Positions 46,752 to 54,734 of a DNA stretch of 61,427 bases are shown piece by piece. The notes under the pieces are model-generated. The model was not told the DNA's origin. It ran no database searches and was given only the letters and a program-made list of their open reading frames with translations. Position 1 is the first letter of the stretch. Each line of letters opens with the position of its first letter. The DNA is from Bacteroidota bacterium (GTDB lineage: Bacteria; Bacteroidota; Ignavibacteria; SZUA-365). The DNA is taken from assembly GCA_035914695.1 (NCBI GenBank), contig JAMIQH010000090.1, positions 1-61,427 of the forward strand. The letters run 5' to 3'. Made by a program: the position numbers and the translations under genes.

Positions 46752-47363
46752 ATGACCGCACAACAATTCGCCCATCGCGTTTCCATCGCCTTCATTCCAC
46801 CGGTAGTGGCCACCTTTGTCATCAGCGTGCTTGTGCGCTTCTGGGAGCACGGGGGCATCTTTCATCAGAGCATCGTCTGGCTTACAGCGGTGGCTTCGGC
46901 CGGAGGACTGCAAATCGTATACGTGCTGTACCTCAAGCGCATGGAAGTGGTGAGCGCGTATGATGTACCCGAGCGCGAGGACCGCAACCATCCCTACCTC
47001 GTCAGCGCGGGCATTAGTCTTGGCGGGCTTGTGGCCTTGCAGTTTCTCAACGCGTCGGTGTTCCTGTGGGGATTGCTGTGGTGCTTCACAGTAAACACTC
47101 TCATCCTGTACGTCATCAATCGCTATTGGAAAATCAGCGCGCATATGATGGGACTCACCGGGCCACTGGTATTTCTGTGGCCCCTGTTCGGCGTCTGGCT
47201 CGCACTGGCGTTACCGATAGTGCTGCTGCTGGGCTGGGCGCGTATCGCCACCGGTTCGCATACATTTGCACAGGTACTCGCCGGTGCCATCGTGGGCGTA
47301 GTCCTCACCCTGCTTCAGGTCTGGTTGCTGCTCGACGTCGTGCTCCCGCTCATGCGCGGCTGA
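46752..47363 (+). CDS. Second PAP2-like membrane protein (divergent motifs)
   Basis: 203 aa with about 6 TM helices. WKISAHMMG and ARIATGSHTFAQVLAG resemble PAP2 motifs C2/C3, with Gln in place of the usual Asp. Confidence 0.7.
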   Translation: MTAQQFAHRVSIAFIPPVVATFVISVLVRFWEHGGIFHQSIVWLTAVASAGGLQIVYVLYLKRMEVVSAYDVPEREDRNHPYLVSAGISLGGLVALQFLNASVFLWGLLWCFTVNTLILYVINRYWKISAHMMGLTGPLVFLWPLFGVWLALALPIVLLLGWARIATGSHTFAQVLAGAIVGVVLTLLQVWLLLDVVLPLMRG

Positions 47364-47416
47364 CCACCTCCGCGGCCCGGACTGCGCTACGCCCGCGCCT
47401 CCCATTCCCTTACCCT

Positions 47417-47454
47417 GAAAAAAAGACGCATGCCCCTGAAATGGAGCATGCGTC
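47417..47454 (-). terminator. Rho-independent terminator for the minus-strand S9 peptidase (possibly bidirectional)
   Basis: The minus strand reads GACGCATGC-(12 nt)-GCATGCGTC followed by TTTTTTTC. It sits between convergent genes. Confidence 0.8.
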
Positions 47455-47480
47455 GCAAGTGTTTGCCCGCCGGGGTTGTT

Positions 47481-49601
47481 TTACATCAACTGCTTTTTGA
47501 ACCAGCGTTCGAACTCGCCGTACCAGAGCTGCGCGTTGCGCGGCTTGAGCACGAGATGACCTTCGTCGGGGAAGTACATGAATTTACTTTCCACGCCCAG
47601 CCGTTGCAGCGTGCTGAACAGCTGCATGCCCTGCTCCACAGGCACGCGGAAGTCCAGCTGACCATGTGAGACGTAGGTCGGCGTTTTGAAGTTTTTCGCA
47701 AGCCGACTGGGGGACCATTTCTCATACATTTTCGGATTGCTCCACGGAGTCCCACGGAATTCCCATTCGGGGAACCACAGCTCCTCTGTTCCGCCGTACA
47801 TGCTCACCAGATCGTACACACCCGCGTGGCAGAACAGGGCCTTGAAGCGCGTGGTGTTGCCCAGGAACCAGTTCATCATGTAACCGCCATACGATGCGCC
47901 GGCGGCGCCCATGCGGTTCCTATCGATGAAGGGATACTGCTTCAGCACGTAATCGAGGCCTTTCATCAAATCCTTGTACGGCGCCCCGCCCCATTCTCCA
48001 TTCACACCGTCGGTGAAGGCCTGCCCGAAGCCCTGGGAACCGCGGCAATTCACGGCCACCACCACAAAGCCCGGCGCGGCGAACAGTTGCAGATTCCAGC
48101 GATAGTGGAAATTATCGCCCCACACGCCCTGCGGTCCGCCGTGCACGAGATAAATCATCGGGTACTTTTTCTTGGCATCGAAGTTTGGCGGCGGCACGAT
48201 CCAGCCCTGCACCTCGGCGCCATCGAAGCTCTTGAAGGTGAAGGACTCCGGCGCGTGCATTTCCAATTGCTTCATCACATCGTTGTTGGTGGATGTGAGC
48301 TGCCGCACGTTGCTGATGCGCTCGCCATCGTAGTCCACACTCATCACCTCGGCGGGATGGCTCATGCGCTCGCCAACGAACACCAGTGATGTTCCGTTTG
48401 GATGCAGGCGGAAGTCGTGGCGATACGTGCCGAGATCCATGTTGCGCACCGTGTCCATGTGCGCGAATTGCAAGGTAATGATGCCCTTGAGCACACGCAG
48501 CACATCCCCGCCTTTGGCGGGTACATCGAAGAGCGAAATGTAGGGGCCATCCTGCGCGGTGAACAGCAGGCGCGTGCCTTCCTTATACCAGAGAATTTCA
48601 TCCACCGAACGATCCACGCCTTCGGTGAGCGTCGTGGTGCTTCCCATCTGGCGATCATAGATCTTCAGATCGTATTTATCCGCTTCGTAGCCGGCGCGCG
48701 CCATGCTGCGATACGCGATATAGCGACCGTTGGGCGAGAAAACGGGATTGTTGTCGTTGCCTTTATTGGCGGTGGTGATGCAGCGGGGATTTTTTCCATC
48801 GATGCCCACCAGCCAGATGTCGTTGTTGGTGCTTGCCGCCACGAGCTTGTCGGTATTGCGGACGAACGCCACTTCTTTACCATCGGGCGAGACCACGAAA
48901 TCCTGATGGCCTCCGAGATCGATGGGTGGCGTATCGTAGGCGCCGGGCGTGAGATCGACGGCGATGCCGCCCGCGGCGGCAATGGCGAACACGTGTCCGT
49001 ACTTGTCATCCTTCCAACTGTTCCACACGCGATACGGCAGCTTGTCGATCAACCGCGCCTTGACGGGATTCTTCTCCTTTTCCTCGTCGCGCAGGCGATT
49101 GCATTCATCCGTTGTGCACTCGGCATACACCTGCGAAGTGAAGAGCAGATGCGTGCCGGTGGGCGACCAGGTGAATCCATCCACGCCGGTGGAGATGGAG
49201 GTGAGTCGCCGTTGATTGCTGCCATCGGGATTCATCAACCAGATTTGGCCGCCGTTTTCACGCGTGGAGATGAAGGCGACGGACGAACCATCGGGCGACC
49301 AGCGCGGATGCATGTCGGCTTTCGCGGCATCGGTGAGCCGTTTCGCTTCACCACCTTCGAAAGGCACCGCCCAGATATCGCTGTTGGAATTGTTCTGTTC
49401 GATGCTGAAGCGTGTCACCACGTACAACACCGATTTTCCGTCGGGTGAAATTTGAGGATCGGCAACGCGTCCGAGGGCATACATGTCCTCGAAGGTCATG
49501 GGTCTGCCGGTTTCATTCGGGAGTTGCTCGATGCGCTCCACTTGCGCGAACGCGCTGCTCATGAGCAGCAGCAATAGCGGGAGAATACGAAAAGTCTTCA
49601 T
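47481..49601 (-). CDS. Secreted S9 prolyl oligopeptidase-family serine peptidase (paralog of 25793-27898)
   Basis: MKTFRILPLLLLLMSSAFAQ. Propeller motifs: SPDGKSVLY, SPDGSSVAF, SPDGKEVAF, SPNGRYIAY. Nucleophile GASYGGYM. Acid and base residues in GQLDFRVPVEQ...FPDEGHLV. Confidence 0.92.
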   Translation of the reverse strand: MKTFRILPLLLLLMSSAFAQVERIEQLPNETGRPMTFEDMYALGRVADPQISPDGKSVLYVVTRFSIEQNNSNSDIWAVPFEGGEAKRLTDAAKADMHPRWSPDGSSVAFISTRENGGQIWLMNPDGSNQRRLTSISTGVDGFTWSPTGTHLLFTSQVYAECTTDECNRLRDEEKEKNPVKARLIDKLPYRVWNSWKDDKYGHVFAIAAAGGIAVDLTPGAYDTPPIDLGGHQDFVVSPDGKEVAFVRNTDKLVAASTNNDIWLVGIDGKNPRCITTANKGNDNNPVFSPNGRYIAYRSMARAGYEADKYDLKIYDRQMGSTTTLTEGVDRSVDEILWYKEGTRLLFTAQDGPYISLFDVPAKGGDVLRVLKGIITLQFAHMDTVRNMDLGTYRHDFRLHPNGTSLVFVGERMSHPAEVMSVDYDGERISNVRQLTSTNNDVMKQLEMHAPESFTFKSFDGAEVQGWIVPPPNFDAKKKYPMIYLVHGGPQGVWGDNFHYRWNLQLFAAPGFVVVAVNCRGSQGFGQAFTDGVNGEWGGAPYKDLMKGLDYVLKQYPFIDRNRMGAAGASYGGYMMNWFLGNTTRFKALFCHAGVYDLVSMYGGTEELWFPEWEFRGTPWSNPKMYEKWSPSRLAKNFKTPTYVSHGQLDFRVPVEQGMQLFSTLQRLGVESKFMYFPDEGHLVLKPRNAQLWYGEFERWFKKQLM

Positions 49602-49664
49602 GGCTCTGTGAAATCCGTACGATGAATGGTTGCGAATTCCGGGAATGCTCGGCGCGCCGCGTAG

Positions 49665-50645
49665 TTACTTCGCGCGCGTGATCACAAATTGTGCAAGATC
49701 GGTCAGGGCCCGCCGGGCCGGGGAGTCGGGTAGTGTCGACAGTTGATCCACCGCGCGCTGCCGGTACTGCTCGGCGGTGCGCTCCGCGTGGTCGATGCCG
49801 CCGAATTCCTTCACGAAATCGATGATGGTTTCGATGTCCTTGCGGCCGACGCCGTTTTTCAACAGACGAATCACGTGGCGCCGGCGGAGGAAGGGAGCGT
49901 TGCCCAGCGCGTGGATGAGAGGCAGGGTGAATTTCTTTTCTTTCAAATCGCCACCCACCGGCTTGCCGATGGTGCTTTCCTTACCGAGGAAATCCAGTAT
50001 GTCGTCGCGAATCTGAAACGCGATGCCCAGCGCTTCACCGTATTCGCGCATGGCGGCGATCACAGCGGCATCGGTGGTGGCGCTGAGCGCCCCGATCTCG
50101 CAACAGGTGGACAGTAGCGAAGCGGTTTTATCACCGATGATGCGAAAGTATGTGGCCTCGTCGTTGCGCAGTTGCCGGGATTTCTGAATTTGCAGCAATT
50201 CGCCTTCACTCATGCGCTTCACCGCACGCGAGGTGCAATGCAGGAAGGAAATGTCTTCGTGATCGAGCGAAAGCAGCAAGCCCCGTGATAGCACATAGTC
50301 GCCCATCAACACGGCGACTTTGTTTTTCCATATCGCATTGATGCTCGGCCAGCCGCGTCGCGTGGCCGATTCGTCCACCACATCATCGTGAATCAGTGTG
50401 GCCGTATGCAACAGCTCCACCAACGCGGCGCCGCGGTACGTGGCCTCGGTGATGCCACCGCTCGCGGCGGCGGACAGCAGCACGAGCATGGGACGCACCT
50501 GCTTGCCCTTGCGCTTGATCACATAGCGGACCACGGTGTCCACAATGCCGATGTTGGAACGCAGGGCCTTGCGGAAATGTCCCTCGAAATCCTTGAGTTC
50601 GCTTTTCACCGGAGCGAGAATGCTGTCGAGACTCACCGTGCTCAT
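49665..50645 (-). CDS. Long-chain polyprenyl diphosphate synthase (IspB/HepT-like)
   Basis: FARM motif LIHDDVVDES and SARM motif RDDILDF. 326 aa. The product chain length cannot be read from the sequence by eye. Confidence 0.9.
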   Translation of the reverse strand: MSTVSLDSILAPVKSELKDFEGHFRKALRSNIGIVDTVVRYVIKRKGKQVRPMLVLLSAAASGGITEATYRGAALVELLHTATLIHDDVVDESATRRGWPSINAIWKNKVAVLMGDYVLSRGLLLSLDHEDISFLHCTSRAVKRMSEGELLQIQKSRQLRNDEATYFRIIGDKTASLLSTCCEIGALSATTDAAVIAAMREYGEALGIAFQIRDDILDFLGKESTIGKPVGGDLKEKKFTLPLIHALGNAPFLRRRHVIRLLKNGVGRKDIETIIDFVKEFGGIDHAERTAEQYRQRAVDQLSTLPDSPARRALTDLAQFVITRAK

Positions 50646-50649
50646 CGGC

Positions 50650-51420
50650 TCAATTCTCCTCCCTGATGCGTTTCTTCTGGCTGAATTTCGAGATCCATAT
50701 GCTCAGCTCATACAGGAATACGAGCGGAATGGCCATCATCAGCATACTGATGGGATCGGGACCGGGCGACAGCAGTGCTGCCGCAATGGCGCTGACGATC
50801 ATGGCATGGCGCCAGTAGCGCCGCATCAATTTCGGGGTCACGATGCCGAGTCGCGAGAGAAAGAACGAGAGCATCGGCAGCTCGAATATCGCTCCCGCCC
50901 CGAGCATCAGCGTCAGTATGAATTCGAAGTAGTAATCGATGGCGATCACGTTCTCGATCGCATCCGAACCGAAGCCCACGAAAAACTTCAGCGCCGCCGG
51001 GAGTATGGCGAAGTAAGCGAAGGAAACACCGGCCAGAAAGCATATCGATGTGAAAATCACAATGCGCGCCGCGTACCTTCGCTCGCGTGGATACAGACCG
51101 GGAGCGACGAATTTCCAGATTTGATAAAACACGTTGGGAATGCTGATGACAATGCCCGCGAAAATCGCCACCTGCATGTACAGAAACACCTGGCCGAAGG
51201 GACGCAGGTTCTGCAATTGCATGTGATACACACGCGCGGGACGCAGCAACACATCGTCCATGAGCACGTCGATGAAAATCCACGAGGCCAGGGCGCCGAC
51301 CACCACACCGATCAGAATGTAGATGATGCGCCAGCGCAGCTCTTCGAGATGGTCGAGAAAGGACATCTCTTTCTCGTTGCCACCGTCCTCTTTATGTTCC
51401 CGCGTATCGTCTTCGCTCAT
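50650..51420 (-). CDS. tatC: Twin-arginine translocase subunit TatC
   Basis: MSFLDHLEELRWRIIYILIGVVVGA... with 6 TM helices. Start ATG 51420 (MSEDDTREHK...) or ATG 51366 (MSFLDHLEELR). Confidence 0.92.
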   Translation of the reverse strand: MSEDDTREHKEDGGNEKEMSFLDHLEELRWRIIYILIGVVVGALASWIFIDVLMDDVLLRPARVYHMQLQNLRPFGQVFLYMQVAIFAGIVISIPNVFYQIWKFVAPGLYPRERRYAARIVIFTSICFLAGVSFAYFAILPAALKFFVGFGSDAIENVIAIDYYFEFILTLMLGAGAIFELPMLSFFLSRLGIVTPKLMRRYWRHAMIVSAIAAALLSPGPDPISMLMMAIPLVFLYELSIWISKFSQKKRIREEN

Positions 51421-51525
51421 GCTCCGTTCGCTACCGCACACGCTGTGTCAAACCTGAAAGATACGAGAGTGGCGGCTAACTGCATAGCACCGACACGCAT
51501 CCGCAGACCATGAGGCCATCTGTGT

Positions 51526-53370
51526 TCATGCGTCCGCTACATGTACGTGAATGCCCGCCGTTATCCAGCGCCCCGGCATCGGAATGCCCGGTATCTCCTC
51601 GTAGCGCGCATCGAAGATATTTTCCACGGTGACGTCGATGTCCAGCACGCGGGAGAGAGCGTGTCGTACGCGCATATCCACGGTGATCCAGGTATCGCCC
51701 TGCGCAAACGGTTGCGCGTACACGGCGGCGATCGACAGCGGCGTGGATGCGAGAACGTCGCTGCGCAGTATGAACGAGGCCTTGTGCCGCGGATGTGTCA
51801 ATGCGTAGCGGGCCTGCATGCCCTGCAAACCCTCGAGCGCGCTGTACACGTATTGATAGTGCGCAAGCAGAGCAACGGGCGTTTCGGAAGGAGTCCACTC
51901 CCAGCGCAATTCCGCGCCATGTACGGTTGCCTTCCGCAGATTGCGCGCATAGTAACGATTGTCAGAGGGATCGAGAATAAAATCGATCAGCTCGCGCTGA
52001 TCCCGCAGGAACAGCGCCGACGACAACTGCATGGCGCCCATGACGCCGCGGACACCGATCTCGCCGGACCAGGCCGTTTCCGCATGCAACGCATCGGAGC
52101 CGGAACTGACAGGATCGCGGTAATACAGCTCGGTGTACGAGGGCTGGCGAAAGGAGCGCCCTCCCGAGACGTAGGCCGTGAAGGATTGCCCGAGGGCGCA
52201 CTGCAAACCCATGGCGGGATTCCATTGCGCTTCGTGTCCGCGCAACGCATCCACACGCAATTCCGCCGTCAGAGCCAGCCAGGGCAACAGCTCCTGGCGA
52301 AACCCGGTGAAGGCGGCGGCTCCTTCGCGTCCATGATCGCCCAGCGCCGTGCTGTGGATGCGGTCGCCCTGCGCATTCACACCCACATTCCACTGCATGG
52401 ATGCCGAGGGCTGCATGTACAGCACAAGATCACCGTTCAGCACATCGGTGGCGTGCGTATTCACGAAGCGATCCGGGGTGCGGCTGTCGAACACAAAGCG
52501 ATCATTCAGCCGCCGATACGACACTCCGCCTTGCAGCACGGCTCCGGCGATACCTCGTCTTGCCTGCACGGCGACGGACCCGCCGTGAATTCGTTCCCGC
52601 GAGGGAATGCCACGTCCCGGCGAATAAAAGTCGAACGCTCCGAAATCCTTGTCGCTGTAGCTGGCCGAAAGCCGCAATCCGGTTCCGCCCGCATCCACGC
52701 TGCTCACATGCGACAGCGTCCACCCGGTGAAATCCGTGCCTCTGCTGTACCCATCATGCCGCAGGAACTGTGCGGAGGTGCGTGCGGCCACATGCTCCGA
52801 CACCGCGCTCCAGCTCAGACGCGCGTCGGCCCGTCCGAAGGAACCGCCGGCAAGGCGCAGGTCCAGACTATTCCGCTCCGCTCGTCGCGTGACAATGTTG
52901 ATCAAACCACCGAAGGCGTCGGCGCCATGCAACGCCGACATGTGTCCGGGCACGATTTCCACCCGCTCGATCTCCTCCGTCGGCAGCGCCAACGCCAACG
53001 CGTGATGCCCTGTCTGCGGATCGTTCGCGCGCATTCCGTCAATGAGAATGAGATTCTGGCCGAAGGTGGAGCCGCGCATGCCGATGTCGCTCTGCGCGCC
53101 GAGGGGACCCCGTCTGCGCACATCCACCACGGCCGACAGGCGCAGCGCATCGTCCAGCGACACCGCACCCGCTTCCGTCATCAGGGCACGCGTCAGCACC
53201 TGCACCGCGCGCGGCTGCTCCGACTGCTGCGCTGTAAGCCGCAAGGCGGTCACCTGCACCTCGTCCAAGGTCACCGCCATGGTGTCGTCCGAACGATGTT
53301 GCGCCAGCAGCGGCGCCATACCGCCGAGGAAAAGCAGCAGTGATGAAATAGCGAGGAAAAGGGAACGCAC
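51526..53370 (-). CDS. TonB-dependent outer-membrane receptor, BtuB-sized (614 aa)
   Basis: GTG start with GGAG 8 nt upstream. Signal peptide MRSLFLAISSLLLFLGGMAPLLAQ. Plug domain: VTLDEVQVTA...SLDDALRLSAVVDVRRRGPLGAQSDIGMRGSTFGQNLILIDGMRANDPQTGHH...IERVEIVPGHMSALHGADAFGGLINIVTR. The C-terminal residue is not the canonical aromatic Phe/Trp (...HVHVADA). The substrate cannot be assigned. Confidence 0.88.
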   Translation of the reverse strand: MRSLFLAISSLLLFLGGMAPLLAQHRSDDTMAVTLDEVQVTALRLTAQQSEQPRAVQVLTRALMTEAGAVSLDDALRLSAVVDVRRRGPLGAQSDIGMRGSTFGQNLILIDGMRANDPQTGHHALALALPTEEIERVEIVPGHMSALHGADAFGGLINIVTRRAERNSLDLRLAGGSFGRADARLSWSAVSEHVAARTSAQFLRHDGYSRGTDFTGWTLSHVSSVDAGGTGLRLSASYSDKDFGAFDFYSPGRGIPSRERIHGGSVAVQARRGIAGAVLQGGVSYRRLNDRFVFDSRTPDRFVNTHATDVLNGDLVLYMQPSASMQWNVGVNAQGDRIHSTALGDHGREGAAAFTGFRQELLPWLALTAELRVDALRGHEAQWNPAMGLQCALGQSFTAYVSGGRSFRQPSYTELYYRDPVSSGSDALHAETAWSGEIGVRGVMGAMQLSSALFLRDQRELIDFILDPSDNRYYARNLRKATVHGAELRWEWTPSETPVALLAHYQYVYSALEGLQGMQARYALTHPRHKASFILRSDVLASTPLSIAAVYAQPFAQGDTWITVDMRVRHALSRVLDIDVTVENIFDARYEEIPGIPMPGRWITAGIHVHVADA

Positions 53371-53385
53371 GAATCACTCCGAAAT

Positions 53386-53407
53386 AATTGTGCCCGTTCG
53401 GACAATT
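53386..53407 (-). promoter_or_regulatory. Dyad at the predicted 5' end of the receptor mRNA (operator or 5' stem-loop)
   Basis: The minus strand reads AATTGTCCGAACGGGCACAATT (AATTGT..ACAATT arms plus CC/GG). It is flanked by an A-run upstream and ATTT downstream. It lies immediately after the -10 element and ends about 10 nt upstream of the GGAG RBS (about 16 nt upstream of the GTG start). Confidence 0.45.
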
Positions 53408-53411
53408 TTTC

Positions 53412-53440
53412 AGGATACGTAAAATGGCGACCGTGGTCAA
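53412..53440 (-). promoter_or_regulatory. Sigma70-type promoter for the TonB-dependent receptor
   Basis: Minus strand: TTGACC (53440-53435), a 17-nt spacer, then TATCCT (53417-53412). Confidence 0.5.
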
Positions 53441-53640
53441 TGCATTTCGCTGTTGCCACAAGGTGAGTGACCTGCACCGCGTGCGGGCCCGCAGCGCGAG
53501 TGTACAGAACGACGAACAGATATTGCGTTCGGGCAGGCAGCATCCAAATTTCGAAGCCGCAGGATTTCCCATGGAGAGCGGCGCTGGCCCGTAGCGGCCC
53601 GGACGCCTTTCGCCACAGTCATTCACCGGTTGAGAAAGCC

Positions 53641-54033
53641 GTGCATGAAGTCACCCCCGAATTCCAGCAATGCCCGCGCTGCTCGGCCTGGGTGTGCAAG
53701 GATCATTGCTGGAGTGACAAAAAGGGCCTCTGCAAGAATTGCGCTCCCGATCTGGGTGTGGAAATGGCCGCGGCGCAGGCCAGCAAATCCGTGGAGGAAA
53801 TCTGGGCGCACGCGGCCATGGCGGAAGAGGATAAAAAGCTCGGGAAAGAGGTCTGGCGTGAAGGTATTCGCGCGACGTGTCCCGACTGCAACGCCCCGCT
53901 GGCGCAGAATTCCAAATTCTGCCCCGAATGCGGCGCGCGCGTTCAGGCCAAGCACTGCACAAGTTGCGGCGCAAAGCTCACGGCCAACGCCAAGTTCTGT
54001 CCGGACTGCGGAGAGAAGGTCGAACAGTCCTGA
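53641..54033 (+). CDS. Zinc-ribbon protein (three CxxC-pair ribbons)
   Basis: ...EFQQCPRCSAWVCKDHCWSDKKGLCKNCAP...ATCPDCNAPLAQNSKFCPECGARVQAKHCTSCGAKLTANAKFCPDCGEKV. The start is uncertain. GTG 53641 is chosen because the 58 residues after track start ATG 53467 are Arg/Ala-rich and overlap the receptor promoter region. Confidence 0.6.
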   Translation: MHEVTPEFQQCPRCSAWVCKDHCWSDKKGLCKNCAPDLGVEMAAAQASKSVEEIWAHAAMAEEDKKLGKEVWREGIRATCPDCNAPLAQNSKFCPECGARVQAKHCTSCGAKLTANAKFCPDCGEKVEQS

Positions 54034-54069
54034 CGGAGCATCCACACCATACCCGGTGCTCGTCCCGCC

Positions 54070-54720
54070 TCAGCGCAGGACGAGCACCGCTGTTTGTGCC
54101 AATGGCTCACCGGTCGTTTTCAGTATGCAAAGGTACAGTCCACTCGGCAGCGCCGATGTATCGAGCGGGATGTTGTTGCGACCTTCCCGTAGCCAGATTT
54201 CTACCCGCCGCACACTCTGGCCGAGTGTTGTGCACAGTTCCAACGACACATGGAGAGGGCGCGCCACATCCACCTGTACCTGCATCGCAATGGATCTCAT
54301 GGCGGGATTGGGATAGACCGCGTACAGTTGCACCGTGCGCGCGGCGGGAACAAGCTCCACGTCGGTCAACAAGGAGAGTGCAAGGCCGTACGCCACGGCC
54401 ACGCTTCGATACTGTCCGTCGGGAATTGTGAACGTGAGATACATCCAACCATCATCACAGCGTACGCTGGTGACGTTGCACCCCGGAGGCGTCGTGAGAT
54501 CGAGACGACCGCTCACCGAGGCGTCCGCAGCATGCGCGAGTACTGCGATAACCGGTGTGGATGTTGTGTGCGTGGTGACCACGGAATAGAGAGCGCCATC
54601 ATGCGCGACGAGGGCGAAGGGAACATCCATGCCCTGCGCCGAGGCATGCCGTCCTTGCAGCACGCCGAGCGCAAGAGCGGCGAGCAGAAGCAGGCGGGAA
54701 CGAGAGTGGAACGTGTACAT
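54070..54720 (-). CDS. Small secreted protein with T9SS tail, translationally coupled to the upstream giant gene
   Basis: ATG 54720 is preceded by AAGGAGG 6 nt upstream. That SD lies just after, and partly overlapping, the stop codon of the giant ORF. The track's GTG 54738 overlaps the giant gene's stop. MYTFHSRSRLLLLAALALGVLQGRHASAQ. Tail: LYAVYPNPAMRSIAMQVQV...LPSGLYLCILKTTGEPLAQTAVLVLR. Confidence 0.85.
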   Translation of the reverse strand: MYTFHSRSRLLLLAALALGVLQGRHASAQGMDVPFALVAHDGALYSVVTTHTTSTPVIAVLAHAADASVSGRLDLTTPPGCNVTSVRCDDGWMYLTFTIPDGQYRSVAVAYGLALSLLTDVELVPAARTVQLYAVYPNPAMRSIAMQVQVDVARPLHVSLELCTTLGQSVRRVEIWLREGRNNIPLDTSALPSGLYLCILKTTGEPLAQTAVLVLR

Positions 54721-54734
54721 GGCTGCCTCCTTGT

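Noticed and set aside
53371-53640. Cobalamin riboswitch upstream of the BtuB-sized receptor.
   Set aside because: Only scattered partial matches to the B12-box and core elements were found, and they are not in consensus order. A good promoter lies only about 40 nt from the start codon. I kept this as a question in the findings, not as a feature.
53467-53640. Long form of the zinc-ribbon ORF starting at ATG 53467.
   Set aside because: The extra 58 residues (MTCTACGPAARVYRTTNRYCVRAGS...) look non-coding and overlap the divergent receptor promoter region. An in-frame GTG at 53641 precedes the first Cys pair. The start remains uncertain.
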